From contig OX597826.1 of assembly GCA_951406725.2 (NCBI GenBank), forward strand, positions 32,550,001-32,614,000: a stretch of 64,000 nucleotides of DNA, given 5' to 3'. Each line of letters starts with the position of its first letter. The first letter of the stretch is position 1. This stretch comes from Octopus vulgaris. Its lineage: Eukaryota. A program made the translations under genes and the position numbers. The notes beneath the pieces were generated by a model, which made no database searches, was not told the DNA's origin, and saw only the letters and a list, made by a program, of their open reading frames with translations. Positions 53,539 through 64,000 of the stretch are shown here, piece by piece.

Positions 53539-54030
53539 TGAGTGAGAGAGCAGTGCATGCCATCAAAGTGACACTGGGGTAAAATATTCGAAGCCCAGTA
53601 TACCCATCATGACTACCCATCTGATAAGGTACACTAGGCACATACATCACAACCATATGTGCACAACATTGTGATCTCATATCAAAATAAACAGCACATG
53701 ACCTTGCTGGTGGGGCCCAGTTAGAATTTTCTTCTGGTCAAGTAACCATCCCACTCAAAAGGTCGCTGAATAAGAGTTGTTTAAGGATGTTGAACGAAAC
53801 ACCTATGTTTCCAGAGGTGAATTATTCAAACACCAAAGAATCAAAGGTGCACATATCATCAGCCATTGAGGGACATGCTCAACTGGTTAAGGTCAAACAA
53901 CTGACAAACAAATCTGTGGTATTGAGCAGAATATTTGCTGTAGCCCATCTTTTATACCAAGACAAAACAATGTACATGATAACTCTTCCAATCAGTTAAG
54001 ATCAGAAACCATGAGAGCCACTGCCTGGTA
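53539..54030 (-). mobile_element. Second copy of the (AAT)n-embedded ~540-bp element (with an internal deletion)
   Basis: Reverse complement of 40720-41261, same termini. Confidence 0.8.
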
Positions 54031-54376
54031 TTATTATCATTATTATTATTATTATTATTATTATGTTTGGTAGTACTAGGAGTTTTGAGCATTAGATTTA
54101 CAGATGTTCTTCCATTAGATGCAAAGTTTTCAGTGAGTATAAATTAAAATAAAAATACCGTTATATTTAAATTGAGTTGAATTCTGAATAAAAAAAAAAA
54201 GCTGTATTAAAATAAAATACTCAAAGAAAATATAAAATAATACAAAAAGAAAAGACAGAATTTATAATGAAAATGAAGGAAGTAAATAAAGTAGAAAAGC
54301 AATAAGGAAAAACATGGACATTGAAATGAAATCACTGATGAAGTGGAACTTTAGTTTGAAATGTAAAGGCTGCAAC

Positions 54377-54415
<39 letters not shown>

Positions 54416-54503
54416 TTGTGCAGCACATGTACAGATGCATATGTACATATGCACCTGCATATGTAGGCATACAGACATAGCAAAATACACACTCATGTAT
54501 GTG

Positions 54504-54572
<69 letters not shown>

Positions 54573-54733
54573 GTATATAGTTGAAGAAATCAACCCTCAA
54601 GCCTTATTCTTTAAGCCTAGTACTTATTATATTGGTCTGGTTTACTGAATCATTTACAGGGATGTAAACACACCAACACTCTGGTTGGCAAGTGGTGGGG
54701 GGACAAACACAGATGCAAAGAAACACACACACT

Positions 54734-54784
<51 letters not shown>

Positions 54785-55087
54785 GTGTATGTGTGTGTGT
54801 GTGTGTGTGTGTACACACCTATGCACATATATATATATATATATATATATAACCCGTGCTAGCGTGGAAAACGGATGTTAAACGATGATGATGATGATGG
54901 GTTTCTTTCAGTTTCCGTCTACCAAATCCACTTACGATGTTTTGGCCAGCCTGAAACTATAATAGAAGGACTTGCCTAAAGTGACACACTGTGGGACTGA
55001 ACCCGTACTCATGTGTTTGGGAAGCAAGCTTCTCACCACACAGCCATTCATAAATTTATATATATAGGAAGTATTTTCATATACGTT

Positions 55088-55133
<46 letters not shown>

Positions 55134-56377
55134 TATTACACTCTTTATATCTATATACGTATGTATCTATCTACTTATCTATCTATCTATACACACATAC
55201 GTACATAGGTAGATGCATACATGCATACACACACACATGTACACACATACACACATACATACTTGCACGTACAAATACAAACTGATACCAAGACGCAGTC
55301 AGATAATGGAATGCTGCTCAAATTGCTACCAAGTGAATATGCACGTACTTAAACTAATATTGGAAACTCTGTGTAAAAGGATCAGAGACAGCAGCACCAC
55401 CACAACCACTACCACCACCACTACCATTACCACCACCCCTGCCACATCCATCACCACTAACAACAACAGTTGCTATAGCAGTACAGAAAGAAAGAAAAAT
55501 AAAATGCTAATTGTAAATAAAAGTAAATCGCTCACAGTGCTATTTGTGGAGTGAAATCCTAATGACTCTTGTCGATGAGAAAATAATTTTGAAATAAAAG
55601 AAATAACGATGGAAGTATAAGAATAACATGCATGACAAATTCTTTGGCTCTGTGTCAGTGATGGGTGATGGTCAGCTTGAACTGAGTCAGGTTGATGACT
55701 CATCATCATCATTATTGTTAGTGTCTTTGCTGTCATCATCATCACTACCATCATTGTTATCATTTTCCTTATCCTAATCTTCCTCCTTATTATTGTCATT
55801 ATCCACGATCATCATCATCAACATCATCAACATCATCCTCATCATCATTATCATCAGTGTCAGTGTCACCATTGCCATCGTCATCATTGTCATTATCCTC
55901 ATCCTCACTACCATCACTACTATCCTCCTCCTCCACATTTTAACGTCTGTTTTTCTTGCTGGTATGGGTTGGACAGGTCTGCATTGTCAAAATCACTTCA
56001 CATTCATGAGACAACGCTTGCTTAAATGTGTTAAACAACCACATCTCACTCAGGTTTTAATTTTGGTTTGGTTTCTACATTTGACTACCTTTTTTTAGCA
56101 TAAGCCTTTCCACAGTGTGCACTGCATGCCTTTTTTTTTTTGTGGTACCAATTCTATGGAAATATCATGTTCTTGACATGACAAAAGGGCTCTCTACTAC
56201 ATCACAAAATCTTGTCTGGATTCTTGCTTTACAACCACCAACTTGTTCACAGCAGTACTAGCTTTACCAAATTTATCAAAAATAAACAATTATTATATAA
56301 AAATTTCTCTTTCCTTTAGTAACTTAAAGCAAGCTATTATGAAAGGCTTTTGGTAAACAGTGAGTTAGTAGAAATAT

Positions 56378-56797
56378 TTATTTCTTTATTGCCCACAGGG
56401 GGCTAAACATAGAGGGGACAAACAAGGACAGGCAAAGGGATTAAGGCGATTACATCCACCCCAGTGTGTAACTGGTACTTATCTAATCGACCCCGAAAGG
56501 ATGAAAGGCAAAGTCGACCGTGGCGGAATTTGAACTCAGAACATAACAGCAGATGAATTATTGCTAAGCATTTCACCTGGCATGTTAACGATTCTGCCAG
56601 CTTGCCGCCACTGAGCAAAATGCTTTGTGGCGTTTCTTGTCATTACATTCTCAGCTGATATTCTGCTGAGATTGATTTTGCCTTTAATCCTTTTTGGGGG
56701 GGTCAATAAAATAAGTACCAGCTACACACTGGGTCGATACAATCAACTTACACCCAGTCCCTAAACTGCTGGCCTTGTGGCAAAATTTGAAACTATT
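56378..56797. mobile_element. Two family A SINEs head-to-head (56378-56609 minus; ~56612-56797 plus)
   Basis: Consensus matches in opposite orientation; the second copy is more diverged. Confidence 0.75.
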
Positions 56798-57449
56798 ATG
56801 AAGGGCTTATTTTAGAAAATTTAAAAGCAATTTTAAACAGTTCTGAGTTTATTATGCAAACTGGAGCAACCTGCATCAAGCAAAAGTCACCAGATTAAAG
56901 TTGACTGGTTAACTACTTAATTGGTTTGATAATGAAGGGATTTATAATTTGCTAATTTAGTTGGTTGGTAATTATTTGGTATAGCAAGAGACTTCTTTGG
57001 TGAGGAATTCGTTAATGAAGAGTTGGCACCAAACCACTAATATGTTTTTGGTAATTAAGTATTGTGTTTCTAATTTTGTTATTTTGAATTAAGGTGTTTT
57101 CTTTAATTATATTTAATTTCAATTTTTAGCTTTGAGTTTCTTGAGGTAATATGTTGGTCTGCAAGAAATTGGTTTGGCACTGCAATGAGCAGGGATTAAT
57201 TGACAGTGAGGAATTTCACTAGACACATTTTGTTGTGTATATAAATGCAGGCATGGGTGTGCAGTTAAGAAACTTGCTTCCTAGTTATGTGGCTTTCAGT
57301 TCAATCCCACCGTGGAACCCCTTGGGCAAGTGTCTTTTACTATGGGCCCAGAACAATCAAAGCTTTATGAATGAATTTGTGGATTTGAGAGCTAGAAATT
57401 TAAAGATGTCCATCATGTATTCACACACACGCACACATACACATATTTA

Positions 57450-57650
57450 GTACTTCAAATGTACCAAAGACAGGTGAAGGAACAACAAGCAGGTGTATTA
57501 GTTTGATGCTTGGGAAGAATAAAAAAGTCCTTGATGTTTCGAGCCTATGCTCTTTGGCAGAAAGGGCTGAGAGGGGAAAAAAGAACAAGGAGAGAATGAA
57601 AAAAGAACTGGAGAGAGAAAAAAATGTGTTTAGATTAAGAGGTCAACATG
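57450..57650 (-). mobile_element. Retrozyme-like repeat with degenerate variant hammerhead
   Basis: CCTTT-CTGCCAA-A-GAGC-ATAG-GCTC-GAAA-CA-TC-AAGG at 57529-57566. Confidence 0.55.
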
Positions 57651-57658
57651 ATGAAATG

Positions 57659-57721
<63 letters not shown>

Positions 57722-57789
57722 TGACTCAAATATATATTTTTTAAGCTTTTAAAACAAGCCTTCTGTAGTTTTTTCACTTTTTACTATTT

Positions 57790-57841
<52 letters not shown>

Positions 57842-57842
<1 letters not shown>

Positions 57843-58735
57843 GAGGTCTGATCAATAAGTATCTGGACTGTTGCCATAGTAATAAAGCTAAAGTATGCAG
57901 ACTTAAGCTTCTTGGCAAAGATTGACCTTGAACTCTCCTGTGCAAGTGCACTAAGTTTTACCAATCTAACTCAGTTCTGTTGTTCACAGCAGTGCTTGGA
58001 AGGAAAGTGTGTAGTGTGTGATCACCACATTGACCATGACAGAGAAAGTTGTCATGGTAAAACCTGCTCAGAGGCCTACACAAAGTTTCAGAAAGTGTAT
58101 GGAGTGGAGTTTATGAGCTGCACACAAGTGCACGAATGGTTCAGATATTTCCAAGATAGCGAAGAAATGTCAATGTTGATGAAAGTTCTGGGAGACCTGC
58201 AACCAATAGAATTGAGAAAAACATTGCAGATGTGCATGCACCTGTGAGGGGAAATAGTCAAATCACTATATGTGAGTTATCAGAGGATGTGCAGATAAGT
58301 TACGCTTCAGTTCAGTCCATTATCACTGAAGATTTGGGTATGAGACACGTGTCTGCCAAGTTTGTGCCAAAACTGCTTTCAGTGGACCAAAAAGACACTT
58401 GGGTTTCAGTTGTACAAGATCTCCTTGATTGTGTTGATAATGATGAAAATTTTTTGAAAACTTTGCATAAGCCTCTGAGTGGGTATTGCCAAGCTATTGG
58501 CAAAATTTGATAAAGATTCCCAGCTCAACTTTCCCTATCATGGTCAATGCAATGAACACATGCTACACATGTTCCTTCCAAGCACTGCTGCAAAGAACGG
58601 AAGTGAGCTGCAACATCAAAACTTAGTGTACATGCACAGCAGAGTTCAAGGTTAATCTGTACCCAGCAGCTTCACTCTGCATGCTTAAGCTTTGTTACTA
58701 TGGCAACAGTCTGGATACTTATTGATCAAACCATG
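57842..58735 (+). mobile_element. Mariner derivative with partial transposase and long inverted ends, TA TSD
   Basis: TA|cgaggtctgatcaataagtatc...gatacttattgatcaaaccatg|TA. HTH remnants SEAYTKFQKVYGVEFMSCTQVHEWFRYF and ITICELSEDVQISYASVQSIITEDLGMRHVSAKFVPKLL (~WVPHEL). Confidence 0.9.
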
Positions 58736-60071
58736 TATATCTGTGTGTGTTTGTGTCTATCTTTGTCATGACATCATGTGATATTTCTAAATGAACATCA
58801 CTATTATACAAGTGATGTTGTTCATTTTTATTTTTCAGTGAAAAACAAGTCTAGTCATGAGGAAACCATTATGAAGGGCTTTGATTGGAAACTGGTGAGA
58901 GCCAATGACAGGAAGGTCATCCATCCCTAGAAAATCTGCTGCAGCATGTTCCTTATCTATGCATGGCAAAGAAGACATTAAAACAATGATGTGTTGCATA
59001 TATAGTTTGAAGTTGACTGGGGAAGTAAATGCATTGAATTTGTCTCAAGCGGAAGAATTTATAGCTCCACTTTGAAGTTAGGATGGTAAGTCAGAGGATT
59101 CTGAAAAGTCAGCAGAGAACCCTTTGACAAAGGAGGAAAAAATTCAACGACAGTTTGTTAGAATGGATTCTAACTTTAGCAACTTCAACAGTAATTGATA
59201 AAATATCACTTTAAAATTTGTGAAGCTGTTCAATAAAGTTTAGCGACCAATATTTCAGTTTTGTCTCGACAGACACAATTTCTTCCTCAAATCAGAGAGA
59301 ATGATGGAGAAATTATGACTAAATCTTTTGATATAAACTTGGCTTAAGCAGATTTCAAAAGATATAACTGTTAAAAAAGATAAGAACTGAATTTGTTTTC
59401 TTATTTGTTAAATACACAATTTATTAAAAACATATACATAGGTCATTCACACATACAGACTGAATGTGGTTTGTTTATCAGCTCGATTTGCCGCAGGATA
59501 GCAATTACTAGAGCTGCTCTTAATTTGTAATTTAATATACACAGGTATTTTTAATTCTAATAAGTAAAGTTTGTATACAATTCATAAATTTTATATATTT
59601 AGTTTGGAATAATATACACAACACACAGACATATAAATGTTCATTTATTCTGAAATACAAACAAAAATTTATTCATATATTTGCACAATATATAGAAAAT
59701 TAAAGCTAATGGATAATAATTGTAAACATACAAAAATATGAATTTTTCATATATAATGATCAAATATGCACAAATAATTGTATGTATGTATAGTGTTGAC
59801 ATCATAAGAATTCTATGAACTTTTCAAAGAATATGGAATAATTCTGTTTTGGAATAACAGTTCTCAAAGCATATCACATACAGCTATGAAGAATAATGAG
59901 TATTTACTCAAAAACCCTTTGAATAGAAAAAGTTGAAGGCTTTTTCTACCCTAAATGGGTTTTTGACCCCCTATTTACATGTTGTTCTTTATAGATGTAT
60001 GTGACGAGCATCGGGAACCATTATTTCAAAACAGAATTACAGAATTATCATATGTATGTATATGTTTGTAT

Positions 60072-60367
<296 letters not shown>

Positions 60368-61474
60368 ATAATAATGGGGGAGGCCAGTTTATGGGAAGAA
60401 ATCTTTGGTCAACAGGTTTGGGGTCTGATGATACGCTGTAAGGCCAAACCCCTTATGGATAAGAAAACCAGGGTAACCCCATAAACCATGCTCCCCTCTT
60501 ATAGTATTAACTGCTCTACATCTTAGAATCTGCTTTTACTCCAGATTTATGTTTTACTACAAATAATACACACACAGACATACACACACACACACACACA
60601 TACACACTCACACACACACACTAACATATATATATAATATGTAATATTTTGGACTAATGGGTATATGTTGATTATGTGTTAAAGTGTTGAGTAAAGCACT
60701 GGCACAGATTAGGCTACCTGGCGACATCTGCAGTCGGGGTATATTTCTGTTGGATCTCCTTCAGGAACTCCACAGTATTAGTTGAGATAATAAAAATAAT
60801 TTCTTAAGTAATGAGAAGATGGATTTGGCATTAATCTGTATTTTGTACAACAGTCGTTGATGACAACAAAAATGATTACAATGACAATTATGATGATGAC
60901 AACAGCGACAAAGACAATGATGACGATGACAATGGTTACAAGGAAACTGATTATGGAAATGATGATGATGAGGATGATGATAATGATGGTGATGACGATG
61001 ATGACAACAGTGATTCTCACAACAATAAAGGCAACGATAAAAGTGAAATCTGTGATGATTGTGATGATAATTATGACAACAACAATGACAACAACAACGA
61101 TGATAGTGATGATGATGATGATGGCAATGATCGATGATTATTATTATTATTATAAAAATGGGTTTTGGTGCAAAATATGAAATTGCGAAAAAATCTATGA
61201 ATGCAAAATGCCGCAAATATAGACAGATTGCAGTAAATTAGTGTTAAACGCTAGATCCGTTAATCAGTCGAATACCTGTATGCATTTTCTTAGAATCTTC
61301 TTCCTTCTCTCCACACTCGATTCCATAATATCAAATAACAAATTTCATTTCTCGCCAACATTGAATTATGCTCAATCCTAATTTGTTTAATGCAGTAACT
61401 GTTCTGTGGAAATTACCGTTAAATACATATGACACCAACAGAATCGAATCACAGCGGAATATCAATAATAGAAC

Positions 61475-62056
61475 ATGACACACAGACATATGCATGCAAA
61501 CACATACATATATATACACACACTTAAGTATATACATCTGTATACAGACATGCATGCACTCACATACACATGCACATATATATATATATACATATACATA
61601 TGCACATGCACACACATAAATATACAGACACAAACATACACACCCATATACACGAGCATGTACACACATACACACCTACATTCATTTACACATACATGCA
61701 TACATATACATACACATGCACACGTATAAACATACATCTTTACTCATATACATACAGATACCAACACGCACACATACATAGATGCATAGAGACACACATG
61801 CACAGATACAAACTTGCATGCATACACATACACATTCACATACTCACACACACACATATTCACACACACAAATATACATACACACGAGCATATACACACA
61901 TATACACCTACATTCATCTACACATATACATCTTTACTCATGCACACACATATACACACACATACAAACACACACTCATACATGCATGCATACAGACACA
62001 TGCACATACAAACTTACACGTATACACACACATACACATACACAGACACACACACT
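61475..62056. repeat. Degenerate CA/TA-rich simple repeat
   Basis: Directly visible. Confidence 0.9.
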
Positions 62057-62754
62057 AGCAGACATAAAAAAGAAATGCAAAAATATAAAAGTCAAGGTCA
62101 GAAAGAAGAAAGAAATAATTATAGAGACAAAATGTAGATTTTTTTTCTTTTCTTTTTCTTTTTTCTTTTTTCTTTTTGCTTGTTTGTTCATTATAGAATG
62201 GAATGGTAAATGAAGAATTAAGAGAACACTCCTTGTACTGGACTGTATTCTAAGCAATGTGTAAAGAGGTGTTTTGCAATTAAAACGTAAATACTTCTAT
62301 TGAAAAGAGAAATATTCTCTTTTTAGAGGAAATGTAGAGTATGTGACATAATTGTTGGAAATAAAATAGTGTGTGGTAATTAAAAATGGACAGTAATTGC
62401 AGAGGACTTGTGTGAGAAACAGAAATAATGGTAGGTTGGTTGGGAAAATATATTTTAAAAGAATTCAGAACATAATGTTACTGAAGAAAAACTGTTTAAC
62501 ATTTTGTTTGGTGAGTTAAGGATTCTACCAGCTGAGTACCTTGAGGGGAATATTCAGGACCTTAAAAAAAAAGGCTGGGTTGGAAAAGTCTGAGGAAGAA
62601 AATAAATTTCAGTTGGGTTAAGTAAGATATATGTCAAAAAGGAATTAGATAGGATGTTTGTTGCCACTTCAATATGGCTGTTCCACAGGAAATTTTAACC
62701 CCAGGAGGCACCTCCTCCAGTTGTTATCGATGCAATCTGCACTTGATAAATATT

Positions 62755-63197
62755 CTTTTCTACTCCAGGCACAAGGCCTGAAACTTTTAGGGGAGGGGGC
62801 CAGTCAGTTAGATCGATCCCACTATGCAACTGGTACTTAATTTATCAACCCTGAAAGGACGAAAAGCAAAGTTGACCTCGGCAGAATTTGAACTCAGAAT
62901 GTAAAGATAGACGAAATACTGCTAAGCATTTCGCCTGGTGTGCTTACGATTCTGCCAGCTCGCCACCTTAAAAATTATAGAACCTTTTCTACCATAGGTA
63001 CAAGGCTCAAAATTTTGGGGGAGGGGCCAGACAGTTAGATCAAACCCAGTACGCAACTGGTACTTAATTTTATCAACCCTGAAAGGATGAAAGACAAAGT
63101 CGACCTCGGCGGAATTTGAACTCAGAATGTAAAGACAGACGGAATATTTCTAAGCATTTTGCCTGGCATGCTAATGATTCTGCCACCTCACCGCCTT
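62755..63197 (-). mobile_element. Two tandem family A SINEs
   Basis: Two head-to-tail consensus copies (62755-62968, 62985-63197). Confidence 0.85.
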
Positions 63198-64000
63198 CTG
63201 CATCTGATATATATTGCAAGCAAAGAGTGAACCCCTACCATCTTCTAGCAGGGAACAGCCATATTGAAGTGGTGATAAACATTTTTTCTCTGTATAGTTA
63301 CTACTTTCCTCTCTTACAGAGATTTTCCGATTAGAATTGAATATAGGGATTTAGATAAGCTTCATTTCAGACATTAAAATATGGAGTAAAGATTGTTTGC
63401 CAACATAACATGGCAGTCCTGGTTTAGGACGAATGCTGCTGTAATTTAGCCCAGGAGACAGTGTCTCTAGCTGGCTATACTACATGATCTGTCTCCTTAT
63501 AATTTTGAACAAGGGGATCTAGCATCCCCACTCAGCTAAAAACAATATCTGTGTATTACAATTTCTGGGTTATTTCTCTTCATCAGCACAGAATAATTGT
63601 TTGGCTAGAGGTGGCACCGCCAAATTCATGTTTGAAATATATAGTCATGTTATGTTGGTATAAATCTTTACTCCAAAGTACTGTTGCTGAATATCTCTCA
63701 CTGTGAGATTTACAAATAGTAATTTTCATTAAAATCTGGGTTCTGTATGGAAGATGGTGGTATGAGTATGCAATGCATTAGTACAAATATAACGGGTTGA
63801 AAGATAACCATGGAGCCAAAATGACCTTTAGCTGTATGAGAGGAGTGGGTGACAGGTGAATTCGAAATGGAAGATGATATGAATATTTGTTTTCTTTAAG
63901 TTCGAGCCCTAGGAATCATAAGGTGTCAGTTACCTGATTTTCATAGAGTATATGTGATTAAGCTCACTACATTCTCTTGAATGGTATGCTAGTCCATCAA

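Noticed and set aside
60715-61410. Possible minus-strand exons (MESSVERRKKILRKCIQ|gt; ...PEGDPTEIYPDCRCRQ|gt)
   Set aside because: Spliced frames hit stops and no recognisable homology; insufficient support.

Overview
AT-rich, microsatellite-dense eukaryotic DNA. The SINE and repeat repertoire resembles an Octopus-like coleoid cephalopod genome, which I infer from recognition rather than a database search. I can support no intact host protein-coding gene; most listed ORFs are microsatellite artefacts. The window is largely a transposon graveyard: two abundant tRNA-headed SINE families, a decayed hAT (ZMYM1-like) transposase, mariner derivatives, piggyBac MITEs and a piggyBac relic, RTE, Tx1/L1, CR1/Jockey-like, R4/Dong and HERO-like LINE fragments, and Penelope-like element (PLE) fragments. 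The most interesting signal is a hidden layer of at least a dozen minimal hammerhead-ribozyme (HHR) motifs. Several sit in inverted (palindromic) structures, including a near-perfect ~1 kb PLE palindrome. The best-preserved HHR lies inside a 202-bp element with all canonical Helitron termini (A|TC...hairpin-CTAG|T), i.e. a candidate ribozyme-carrying mini-Helitron.
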